Shown here piece by piece: positions 17,568-26,226 of a stretch of 64,000 bases of DNA (position 1 is its first letter; each line of letters opens with the position of its first letter). The stretch comes from Deltaproteobacteria bacterium (lineage in GTDB: Bacteria; Myxococcota; Myxococcia; SLRQ01): assembly GCA_029210625.1 (NCBI GenBank), contig JARGFU010000001.1:325806-389805 (forward strand). The letters run 5' to 3'. The notes under the pieces are model-generated. The model had not been told where the DNA came from. It made no database searches and saw only the letters and a program-made list of their open reading frames with translations. The position numbers and the translations under genes were made by a program.

Positions 17568-18704
17568 ATGGCAAACCCCGCCTTTCCCGAGCTGAACCCG
17601 ACCCTCCTCGCGGCCCTCGAGGGCCGCAGCCTGCAGGTCACCGGCGACTTCGACACCGACTCCCTGGGCGCGATCCTGGATCTCGCCGACGCCTTCTGGG
17701 CCCTCGATCGGGCCGGCGTGCGCGCGCCCCTCTGCCCCAACGAGCTGGCCTACGCGCTCTTCTTCGATCAGTCGACGCGCACCCGCTCGGCCTGGGCCGG
17801 CGCCGCCGCCCGCCTCGGGATGCAGCCGGTGATCGTCGACGGCAGCAGCACCCAGGTCGCCCACGGCGAGACCGCCGAGGAGACCGGCGCGATGCTGGGC
17901 ATGAACGCCCACGCCCTCGGCGTGCGCCACGACCTGATCCTCCACCAGGGCCGGGCCTTCATCGGCGACATCCTCAAGGGGATCAGCGACTACCTGAAGG
18001 CGACCGACGACAAGCGCTGCGTGCCCATCGTGAACCTGCAGTGCGACTACGATCACCCGACCCAGACCCTGGCGGACCTGCTCCACCTGCGGCACCGCTT
18101 CGGCGGCGTGCAGGGCAAGAAGATCGCGGTCTCCTGGGCCTACTCGCCCTCCTACGCCAAGCCCCTCTCGGTGCCCCAGGGCCTGATCACCCTGCTGCCC
18201 CGCTTCGGCGCCAACGTGGTGCTGGCGCACCCGCCGGGCTACCGCCTGATGGACGAGGCCCTGCAGAAGGCCGAGGCCGGCGCGAAGGCCGGCGGCGGCA
18301 GCTTCGAGATCGTCGACTCCATGGACGCCGCCTTCGAGGGCGCCGACGTGGTCTACCCCAAGAGCTGGGGTCCGATGGAGCTGATGGAGGAGCGCCTCGC
18401 CGCGAAGGACCGCGCCGACCTCGCCGAGATCGAGGCGCGGGCGCTGGATCAGAACGCCCGCCACCGCGACTGGATCTGCAACGAGGAGCGGCTGGCCAAG
18501 GCCGCCGCCGACCCCCTCTACATGCACTGCCTGCCGGCGGATATCGGCGCCGAGGCCTCCAGCGGCGTGCTCGAGCAGTACCGGGTCTCCCTCGCCGAGG
18601 AGGCCAACGGCAAGGTCTACGTGATCATGGCCCTCCTCGCCGCCGCCAAGGTCCCGGGCCTCGCGGCGAAGATGGACGCCCTGCGGCAGGAGATGAAGGC
18701 GTGA
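17568..18704 (+). CDS. carbamoyltransferase-family protein (OTCase/ATCase fold, YgeW-like)
   Basis: STRTR motif (FFDQSTRTRSAW), HPTQTLADL and HCLPA motifs. GAGGAA RBS before ATG at 17568. Confidence 0.85.
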   Translation: MANPAFPELNPTLLAALEGRSLQVTGDFDTDSLGAILDLADAFWALDRAGVRAPLCPNELAYALFFDQSTRTRSAWAGAAARLGMQPVIVDGSSTQVAHGETAEETGAMLGMNAHALGVRHDLILHQGRAFIGDILKGISDYLKATDDKRCVPIVNLQCDYDHPTQTLADLLHLRHRFGGVQGKKIAVSWAYSPSYAKPLSVPQGLITLLPRFGANVVLAHPPGYRLMDEALQKAEAGAKAGGGSFEIVDSMDAAFEGADVVYPKSWGPMELMEERLAAKDRADLAEIEARALDQNARHRDWICNEERLAKAAADPLYMHCLPADIGAEASSGVLEQYRVSLAEEANGKVYVIMALLAAAKVPGLAAKMDALRQEMKA

Positions 18705-20245
18705 GCGAGCTCGCGAAGAGGGTGATGGAGCTGGCCGCGCGCGACCGCGCGCTGGCCGTGGAGATCCTGGCCGAGGTCGTGCGGATCCCCGCCGACTTCG
18801 TCGACCGTCCGGTGGACGAGGGCGGCGATCCCGCCTGCGGCCTCTCCAACCACGAGGGCCCCCGCCTCGAGTACCTCAAGCGCCGCATCGTCGAGATCGG
18901 CGCGGTGCGCCGGGAGGAGGACGTCTTCTTCGACGGCTTCGGCAACCTGGTCTGGCAGGTGCAGGACGAGGACGACGGCATCCCGGCCGCCGAGAAGAAG
19001 GTGATCTACCTCGACGGCCACAGCGACACCGTGCAGGCCCTGCGCCCGCAGTGGCGGCAGAAGACCGGCGGCGGCCTCGACGCCTACGACGGCCTGGTCG
19101 ACCCCGAGAAGCTCGACCGCGCCTTCCTGCGCTCCGAGCTGGGCTACCTGCCCCCCGACGGGGAGTGGGAGCACCTCGTCTTCGGCCGCGGCACCGCCGA
19201 CCAGCTCTCGGGCGTGGTCAGCGAGGTGCTCGCCACCCGCATCCTCCTCGAGCTCGCCCCCGAGGGCGCCCTGCGCGGCTGCATCGTGCGGGCCTACGCC
19301 TCGGCGGCCGAGGAGGACAACGACGGCGGCGGCCCGATGTACATCGTGAAGGAGGAGTGGCCGGGCGCCGGTCCCGAGCTCATCCCCGACGTGGTGATCC
19401 TCACCGAGGGCACCGGCGACGCGAACAAGGGCGCCCTGGGCATCTACCGGGGGCAGCGCGGCCGCATGCAGATCGAGGTCGAGGTGATCGGCCGCTCCTG
19501 CCACGGCTCGATGCCCTGGGAGGGGAAGAACCCCCTCGAGTTCGGCGCGGCGATCCTGGTCGAGGCGGCCCGGGCCTACGACGCCCGCGAGGGCTTCCTC
19601 GACGACGCCTTCCTGGGCCACGGCACCCGCACCGCCTCGTGGGCCAAGCTCGACACCCCGAGCGACTGCGCCGTGCCCGAGCGCTTCGTCTTCCGCTTCG
19701 ATCGCCGCCTGACCGTCGGCGAGAGCGCGGAGGTCGCGGTGGCCGACGTCGAGGGGCTGCCCGCGGTGAAGGCTGCCCGGGAGGCGGGCCTGACGGTGAA
19801 CATCACCGTGCCCACCTACGACCAGCCGACCTGGAAGGGCTACCGCCCGGGCAACGCCCAGATCTATCCGGGCTGGGCGACCCCCGAGGAGCACCCGGCG
19901 ATCGAGGCCGCGGTGACCGCCTACCGGGAGGTCGTCACGCCGGCGATCCCCGAGGAGGCCGCGCAGACCGGCGCGACCCTGCGGCGCGAGCCGCGGGTGG
20001 ACCGCTGGATCTTCTCCACCGACGGCGTCGGCTTCCCGGTGCCCAAGGACGACACCACGATCGCCGTGCCGGCCACCAAGCAGTGGGTGGTCTCCGGCGA
20101 GGTGAAGCACCCGGCGATGTTCGGCTGCGGCCCGGGCATCGAGCAGAACACCCACAAGATCGGCGAGTGCGTCGACGCGCGGGAGCTGGAGCGAGCGATC
20201 GCGTTCCTGGCTCGGTTTCCGTCGGTCTTCTTCGGAGCGGAGTAG
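18701..20245 (+). CDS. M20-family metallohydrolase (YgeY/ArgE/DapE-like)
   Basis: YLDGHSDTV metal-binding motif with a dimerisation-domain layout. GTG at 18701 overlaps the upstream stop (GTGA). An alternative ATG lies at 18725. Confidence 0.85.
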   Translation: MSELAKRVMELAARDRALAVEILAEVVRIPADFVDRPVDEGGDPACGLSNHEGPRLEYLKRRIVEIGAVRREEDVFFDGFGNLVWQVQDEDDGIPAAEKKVIYLDGHSDTVQALRPQWRQKTGGGLDAYDGLVDPEKLDRAFLRSELGYLPPDGEWEHLVFGRGTADQLSGVVSEVLATRILLELAPEGALRGCIVRAYASAAEEDNDGGGPMYIVKEEWPGAGPELIPDVVILTEGTGDANKGALGIYRGQRGRMQIEVEVIGRSCHGSMPWEGKNPLEFGAAILVEAARAYDAREGFLDDAFLGHGTRTASWAKLDTPSDCAVPERFVFRFDRRLTVGESAEVAVADVEGLPAVKAAREAGLTVNITVPTYDQPTWKGYRPGNAQIYPGWATPEEHPAIEAAVTAYREVVTPAIPEEAAQTGATLRREPRVDRWIFSTDGVGFPVPKDDTTIAVPATKQWVVSGEVKHPAMFGCGPGIEQNTHKIGECVDARELERAIAFLARFPSVFFGAE

Positions 20246-20283
20246 GGCGGCGGCTCGGAGCCGCGGAGCTCAGCTTCGTGGCT

Positions 20284-20388
20284 TCGAGCTGTGAGCTGTG
20301 AGCAACCAGGTGTTCGGATCTGAACCGGGCACCCGGGAGCCTGTTTCCCAGCGGTGAACCAAGTTGCTCGTAGCTCGCAGCTCACAGC
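20284..20388. repeat. intergenic heptamer-repeat element pair (GAGCTGT)x2 ... (AGCTCGY/AGCTCAC)x3 forming an imperfect long hairpin
   Basis: tcgagctgtgagctgtgagc at 20284-20303 is the reverse complement of the motif ttgctcgtagctcgcagctcacagc at 20364-20388. The same family recurs at 35897 and 38278. Confidence 0.6.
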
Positions 20389-20452
20389 CCTCGGCATGCC
20401 GCCCCACCCTTCACCGGCGCCGCTCCCCACACCGCGCTATGCTGCCCCCTCG

Positions 20453-21166
20453 ATGCCCACCGCAACCTCGAGCCTCGTCGGCCCCGTCCGCATCTCCAAC
20501 GTCTGGGTGATGCGGGACGGGGAGGGGCGCACCTTCCTCGTCGACGCGGGCCACGCCCTCGAGCGGCAGACCCTGCTCTGGGGGCTGCGCCGCCTCGGCG
20601 TGGCCGGGCCCGGGGACCTCGACGCCATCCTCCTCACCCACCGCCACTCGGATCACGCCGGGAACGCCGCCTTCCTGCGCGAGCGCTTCCGGGCGCCGGT
20701 CCACTGCCACCGGGCCGACGCGGTGATCCTCGAGGGGGAGGTCCCGCCGCCCCGCCTGGCCCGCCGCGGCGCCCCGATCCACCACGACGCCCTCTGCCAC
20801 CTCGAGGATCGCTACCCCTCACGCACCACCGTGGACGAGGCCTTCGAGGCGGGCAGCATCGGCCTGGGCTTCGAGGCGGTGCACGTGGGCGGCCACACCG
20901 AGGGCTCGGTGATGTTCCTCCACGAGGCGAGCGGCACTCTCTTCACCGGCGACGCGATCCTCGCGGGGATCCCGGTGCAGCGCCTCGTGCGCTGGCTGCG
21001 CCTGGCGCGGCCCGAGTACAGCCTCGACGTCGAGGCCTGCCACCGCGCCACCCTCGCCTTCCTGGCGAAGGGGCCGCCGCTGAAGGTGCTCTGCGCCGGG
21101 CACGGTCCCCGGGTGGACCGCGGCCTCGAGGGGCACCTCGCCCGCCTGCAGCGGCTGGGCGCCTGA
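20453..21166 (+). CDS. MBL-fold metallo-hydrolase
   Basis: LLTHRHSDHAGN (HxHxDH) motif. Start MPTATSSLVGPVRISNVWVM was chosen. Confidence 0.75.
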   Translation: MPTATSSLVGPVRISNVWVMRDGEGRTFLVDAGHALERQTLLWGLRRLGVAGPGDLDAILLTHRHSDHAGNAAFLRERFRAPVHCHRADAVILEGEVPPPRLARRGAPIHHDALCHLEDRYPSRTTVDEAFEAGSIGLGFEAVHVGGHTEGSVMFLHEASGTLFTGDAILAGIPVQRLVRWLRLARPEYSLDVEACHRATLAFLAKGPPLKVLCAGHGPRVDRGLEGHLARLQRLGA

Positions 21167-21170
21167 GGGC

Positions 21171-23054
21171 TCAGCCCTCGACGCGGTGCAGGCCCTCCTC
21201 CAGGAGGGCCACCCGGGCCGCCTCCGAGCGCTGCCGGTAGGCTTCGCTCTCGAAGAACTCCCGCAGGCGGCGGCTCACCGGCAGGTAGAAGTGGGCCGCG
21301 TCCCAGACCAGCGGCCTGCCGTCCCCGAGCCGGATCTCTCCCTGATCGACGGCCCGGGAGGCCTCGCCGAGGTCGAGGCCGGCGAGGAGTCCCTTCAGGG
21401 CGGCGAAGCGCCCCTCCATCTCGGGGTCGAGGAAGCGGAAGTGCCGCGAGCCCACCAGGGCGTTGTGGTAGTGCGCCGGCCGGTGGAGCAGCCCGTCGAA
21501 GCCCAGGCGGACGCAGATGCCGGAGAGGGCGATGAGCACCTCCTCGCTGATCCCCAAGCCGGGGTGCTGCTGGCCGGGCAGGGGCGGCCGCTCCAGGGAG
21601 AAGGAGGCCATGGGATCCTGGAGGAGGAGCCATTCGACCCAGAGCACCTCGAGCCCCTGCTCCTGCTGGGGATCGCCCGGGGGCGCCGGGAGCGAGGCGC
21701 GGTAGGCGACCAGCTCGACCAGCAGGCGGCGGGCGCGCTCCGGGTCGCGCTTGCCCACGCCGTGCAGGCGCAGGATCTGGTGACCGCGATCCGCGAAGTC
21801 GCCCGAGGCCTGCAGGTCGCGGTAGCCCCGCTCGCGGATCTGGTCGAGGATCCCGTAGCGCTCCAGCGCGTACTCCATGCCGGAGAGGGTGTAGAAGTCG
21901 AGGAAGCGCTGGGCCGGCGGCCGCGCCGAGAGGTCGTCGAGGACGTCGGAGAGATCCAGCTGGAGGGGCGCGTCGAGGCCCCGCAGGCCGAGGAGGCCGG
22001 AGCTGGCCTCGGTCTGGAGCCGGCCCGGCTCGAGGCTGCGGAAGACTCGCTTGAAGCGCTGCCGGGGATCCTCGGTGGAGGCCTCCCGGCCCACCGGCCG
22101 ATCGGTGAGGATCCAGCGCAGGAGCCGGGCCCAGCCCTCCACCGCCAGCCGCTGGTAGCCGCCCCCGAGGGTGATCACCAGCTTCCGGCCCAGGCGGCGG
22201 CAGCACTCCACCACCCGCCGGTCGCGCTCGAAGACCCCGTCCAGGGTCAGCGCGAAGTCGCCGAGGCGGTCACCGGCCAGCACGTCGTTGCCCGCGATGT
22301 AGAAGACGAGCTCGGGCGCGTGGCGCTCGAGGGCCGGCAGGACCACCTCCTCCAGCGCCGCGAGGTAGGCGGCGTCACCGGTCCCCGGCGGCAGCTCGAG
22401 GGAGAGATCCGCCACGGCCTCCACGTGGGTCCAGACCGAGCCGTGGACCGAGAGGGTGAGCACCTCCTCGTCGGCGGCGAAGGCCACGAGGTTGCCGTTG
22501 CCCTGGTGGTAGTCGAGGTCGACGATGGCCACCCGGCCGATCCCCGCCCGATCCCGCAGCATGTGGATGGCCGCGGCGACGTCGTTGTAGATGCAGAAGC
22601 CGCTGCCCTGCTCGGGCTCGGCGTGGTGGAAGCCCCCGCCGAGGTTCACGGCGATCGTCCGCTCGGTGTGGATCAGCGAGCGCGCCGCGCTCACCGTCCC
22701 CCCGCAGGCCAGGCGGGCGGAGCGCAGCAGCGCGTCGACCCGCACCATCTCGGTCGGCAGCCCGAAGATCCGGGCGAGGGTCTCGGGGTGGGTGACCGCC
22801 TCGAGGTGCGCCTCGGAGTGGACCTTGCGCAGGGAGGGCAGGCTGATGGCCCGGGGCACCCGCAGGTCCTCCGGCCGCACCAGCCTCTCCCGGGCGAGGG
22901 TGCCCAGGAGGGTCTCGCCCCGGAAGGCGTCGATCCCGACGGCCCGGGCCGTCTCGCCGAGGGCCTCCGCCCCGTAGCCCGGGTGGTAGTAGAGGCTCAC
23001 CTCGCGGGCGAGGCGCCTGCGCGCCCGGCGGCGGTCGAGGAAGGAGGCGATCAT
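21171..23054 (-). CDS. histone deacetylase-family (arginase/deacetylase superfamily) protein with C-terminal extension
   Basis: GFCIYNDVA, DLDYHQGNG and AGNDVLAGDRLG motifs. Start at MIASFLD (23054). Confidence 0.8.
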   Translation of the reverse strand: MIASFLDRRRARRRLAREVSLYYHPGYGAEALGETARAVGIDAFRGETLLGTLARERLVRPEDLRVPRAISLPSLRKVHSEAHLEAVTHPETLARIFGLPTEMVRVDALLRSARLACGGTVSAARSLIHTERTIAVNLGGGFHHAEPEQGSGFCIYNDVAAAIHMLRDRAGIGRVAIVDLDYHQGNGNLVAFAADEEVLTLSVHGSVWTHVEAVADLSLELPPGTGDAAYLAALEEVVLPALERHAPELVFYIAGNDVLAGDRLGDFALTLDGVFERDRRVVECCRRLGRKLVITLGGGYQRLAVEGWARLLRWILTDRPVGREASTEDPRQRFKRVFRSLEPGRLQTEASSGLLGLRGLDAPLQLDLSDVLDDLSARPPAQRFLDFYTLSGMEYALERYGILDQIRERGYRDLQASGDFADRGHQILRLHGVGKRDPERARRLLVELVAYRASLPAPPGDPQQEQGLEVLWVEWLLLQDPMASFSLERPPLPGQQHPGLGISEEVLIALSGICVRLGFDGLLHRPAHYHNALVGSRHFRFLDPEMEGRFAALKGLLAGLDLGEASRAVDQGEIRLGDGRPLVWDAAHFYLPVSRRLREFFESEAYRQRSEAARVALLEEGLHRVEG

Positions 23055-23145
23055 CGCGCCCTGGAGCCTACCCCCTTTTCCCTTCACGGGGATGGCCGAT
23101 GGCGGGGGGTGGTCGCGGCCCGCATCGCGGTTACACTGGAGCGCG

Positions 23146-23652
23146 ATGAGCACGAAGCAGCGGGCCACCCTCACCGTCCAGGAGCGCGACTACACCGTCG
23201 AGGAGGTCGGCGAGGTCATCCGCACCGCCTCCTCCCTGGTGAGGGTGGGGGACGCGGCCCTGGCCACCCCCCCGAAGGACACCCTGGGCTTCGGCGAGCT
23301 CACCGAGCTGGCCAGGGAGCTGGGCATCCCCCAGGAGCAGCTGCTGGCCGCCATCCCCGAGGCCGACGCGCGCCGGGCGCGGGCCCTGAAGCGCACCAAG
23401 CGGAAGATGCGCTTCTGGAAGCACCTCCTCACCTACATCCCGGTGGTGGGCGGCCTCATGGCGATCGACTACTTCGTGACCCTCTTCGGGGCGCCGGGCA
23501 TCGCCGTGGGCACCGTGGTCTTCGCGGGCCTCTGGGGCATCGGCCTGGTGATGCACGGCCTGCGCACCTACCTCACCGGCCCCGAGGGCGCCCTGCACCG
23601 CTCGGTCTACGCCGGCGAGCTCGAGGCGGAGAAGAGGAAGAAGCTGACCTAG
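23146..23652 (+). CDS. small two-TM membrane protein (hypothetical)
   Basis: Two hydrophobic helices (IPVVGGLMAIDYFVTLF / VVFAGLWGIGLVMHGL). Divergent from the HDAC-family gene. Confidence 0.5.
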   Translation: MSTKQRATLTVQERDYTVEEVGEVIRTASSLVRVGDAALATPPKDTLGFGELTELARELGIPQEQLLAAIPEADARRARALKRTKRKMRFWKHLLTYIPVVGGLMAIDYFVTLFGAPGIAVGTVVFAGLWGIGLVMHGLRTYLTGPEGALHRSVYAGELEAEKRKKLT

Positions 23653-25076
23653 GTGCCCTTGCTCTTCACGAACTCCGTGAAGAGCCCGGCGATCCGCTCG
23701 GCGTCCGCGGTGCAGTCGTTGATGCCGATGCCGTAGAGGTGGTTGCCGGTGAGGAAGAGGCCCGGGTGGGCTCCGGCGAGCCGCTCGAGGACCTTCCCCA
23801 TGCTGACGAGGTGGCCCACCGGGTACTGGGGGACGGCCTGGGGCCAGCGGAAGATCCGCTGGTGGCTGGGCGGCACCCAGCGCATCCCCATGGTGAGCTC
23901 CAGCTCGGAGCGCACCAGGGCCAGCAGCTCGTCGTCCGGCAGCGCCGCCAGCTCGGGGGCCCGGGCGCCGCCGACCATCACCCGCATCAGCACGTAGCCC
24001 TTGGGGGCGCGGTGGCCGGGGTAGATCGAGGAGGTCCAGAGGCAGCCGAGGATCTTGCGCTTCTCTCGCCCGGGGATGAGGTAGCCGAAGCCGCGCAGAT
24101 CGTGGTGGATGGCGTCCTTGGGGAAGCCCAGCCCGACCACGGTCATCGAGGCGTAGGGGGTCCCGCGCAGCAGGCCGGCGCTCTCGGCGTCGACGCCCTC
24201 GAGGAGGGAGGCGGCCGCCGGCGCCGGGGTGGCGAGGACGACCACGTCGGCTTCCAGGGTCTCGCCGGGCTCACCGACCAGGTGGACCTTCCAGCCGGCG
24301 CCGTTCCTCGCCAGGGCCTCGACGGTCACGCCGGTGCGCAGGTCACCCTCGATGGCCTCGGCGATCCCGTCGATGAGCTGGGTGAGGCCGCCGGCCATGG
24401 AGGTGAGGTGCCCCCCGGGGCCCGCGGCGCCGCCGCTGGACTGCTGCACCTCGCCCCGCTTGGCGGCGAGGCGCCGCTCCTTCGCCCGGGCGCGCATCCC
24501 CTTGATGAGGCCGCCGTGCTCGAGCTCCAGCTTCTTCACCGCGGGGAAGGCCGCGGCCACCGAGAGGCGCTCGGGGTCACCGGCGAAGATCCCGGTGACG
24601 AAGGGATCGAGGAGGCGCTCGACGGCGTGGTTCCCGAGGCGGCGCCGGCCGAACTCGGCCAGGGTCTCGTCCTCGGGGCCGACCTTCTGGAAGGGCTCGA
24701 GGAGGATCCGCAGGCGCCCGCCGAGGGGCAGCACCGAGGAGGTCATGAAGCCCGGGGGCGAGGTCGGCAGCGCCTGCAGCCTCCCGTCGAGGTAGAGCAG
24801 GCGCGTCTTGGAGGCCTCGTCCGCCGGGAGGGTCTTGTCCTCCAGGCCGAGGTCCTTCACCAGGCGCACCGTGCCCGGCTTCGAGTCGAGGTAGCCGTTG
24901 GGGCCGGTCTCGACCACCCAGCCCTCGTGGCGGTCGGAGCGGATCTTCCCGCCGAGGTGAGCGTCGCGCTCCAGGAGGGTGATCTCGGGCTTCACGCCGG
25001 CGGCGCGCGCCGCCTCCTGGACCCGGTAGGCCGAGGCGAGACCCGAGATCCCGCCGCCGATGATGACGATCTTCAT
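23649..25076 (-). CDS. hemY: protoporphyrinogen/coproporphyrinogen III oxidase (HemY family)
   Basis: MKIVIIGGGISGLASAY FAD motif. Full-length PPOX architecture. ATGA overlap with hemE. Confidence 0.9.
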   Translation of the reverse strand: MKIVIIGGGISGLASAYRVQEAARAAGVKPEITLLERDAHLGGKIRSDRHEGWVVETGPNGYLDSKPGTVRLVKDLGLEDKTLPADEASKTRLLYLDGRLQALPTSPPGFMTSSVLPLGGRLRILLEPFQKVGPEDETLAEFGRRRLGNHAVERLLDPFVTGIFAGDPERLSVAAAFPAVKKLELEHGGLIKGMRARAKERRLAAKRGEVQQSSGGAAGPGGHLTSMAGGLTQLIDGIAEAIEGDLRTGVTVEALARNGAGWKVHLVGEPGETLEADVVVLATPAPAAASLLEGVDAESAGLLRGTPYASMTVVGLGFPKDAIHHDLRGFGYLIPGREKRKILGCLWTSSIYPGHRAPKGYVLMRVMVGGARAPELAALPDDELLALVRSELELTMGMRWVPPSHQRIFRWPQAVPQYPVGHLVSMGKVLERLAGAHPGLFLTGNHLYGIGINDCTADAERIAGLFTEFVKSKGT

Positions 25077-26119
25077 CGCCGGGACAGTCTATGCACTGCC
25101 TCGACGAGGGCCACGGCGTGCTCGGGCTCGGTGTACTGCGTGATCCCGTGGCCGAGGTTGAAGATGTGGCCCGGCGCGGTGCCGGCGGCGTCGAGGATGC
25201 CCTTCACCTTCTCCTCGATCTTGGGGATCGGGGCGTAGAGGGTCATCGGGTCGAGGTTGCCCTGCACGGCGGCCCGGCCGGCGATCCGGCGGCGCGCGTC
25301 GTCGAGGGGGATCCGCCAGTCGATGCCGAGGACGTCGGCGCCGGACTCGAGCATGACCTCGATCAGCGAGGCCGACTGCCCCACGAAGAAGATGACCGGG
25401 ATGTCCTCGCAGGCCAGCTGGTCGATGATCCGCTGGACGTAGGGCAGCTCGTACTCGCGGAAGTCGGCCGGCGAGAGGGCGCCGCCCCAGGAGTCGAAGA
25501 TCTGCACCGCCTGGGCGCCCGCCTCGATCTGGGCGTTGAGGTAGAGCGCGGTGGTGTCGGCGATCTTCTCCATCATCAGGCGGTAGGTCGCCGGCTCGGC
25601 GTGGATCATCCGCTTGAGGTTGAGGAAGTCCTTCGAGCCGCCGCCCTCGACCATGTAGGTGGCCAGGGTGAAGGGCGCGCCGGCGAAGCCGATCAGGGGC
25701 ACCCGCCCGGCGAGGCGCTCGCGGATCTTGCGGATCGCCTCCATCACGTAGCCCATCGTCTCGACGGGGTCCGGGACCACCAGCGCCTCGGCGGCCGCGA
25801 GGGAGCGCACCGGCGGGGTGATCTTCGGCGGCCCGCCCTCGAAGGAGAGCTCGAGGCCCATCGCCTCGCAGGGCACGAGGATGTCGCAGAAGAGGATGGC
25901 CGCGTCGACGCCGAGGCGGTCGATCGGCTGCACGGTGACCTCGGCCGCGAGGTCCGGGGTCTTGCACAGCTCGATGAAGCTCACCTTCTCGCGGATCGCC
26001 CGGTACTCGGGCAGATAGCGGCCCGCCTGGCGCATGATCCAGATGGGGGTGAACTCGGTGGGGAGGCCAAAAGCGGCGCGGAGGAAGGGATGTGCGGGCT
26101 CGGTGACTGGGTCTCTCAT
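25073..26119 (-). CDS. hemE: uroporphyrinogen decarboxylase
   Basis: TPIWIMRQAGRYLPEY signature. Start MRDPVTEP aligns with the E. coli HemE N-terminus. Confidence 0.9.
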   Translation of the reverse strand: MRDPVTEPAHPFLRAAFGLPTEFTPIWIMRQAGRYLPEYRAIREKVSFIELCKTPDLAAEVTVQPIDRLGVDAAILFCDILVPCEAMGLELSFEGGPPKITPPVRSLAAAEALVVPDPVETMGYVMEAIRKIRERLAGRVPLIGFAGAPFTLATYMVEGGGSKDFLNLKRMIHAEPATYRLMMEKIADTTALYLNAQIEAGAQAVQIFDSWGGALSPADFREYELPYVQRIIDQLACEDIPVIFFVGQSASLIEVMLESGADVLGIDWRIPLDDARRRIAGRAAVQGNLDPMTLYAPIPKIEEKVKGILDAAGTAPGHIFNLGHGITQYTEPEHAVALVEAVHRLSRR

Positions 26120-26226
26120 CGGGGGGAGGGATAGCACAGCCGGACGCCACCGGGGAGGCACATGGGGCACGAGATCGGCGTCGCCGCCTTGGGCTATGAT
26201 GGGCTCTCGCGAGAGAGGGAGAGGGG

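Noticed and set aside
20284-20388. CRISPR array
   Set aside because: Repeat units are 7 nt with no spacer-sized unique inserts and no cas genes. This is a REP-like element, not CRISPR.
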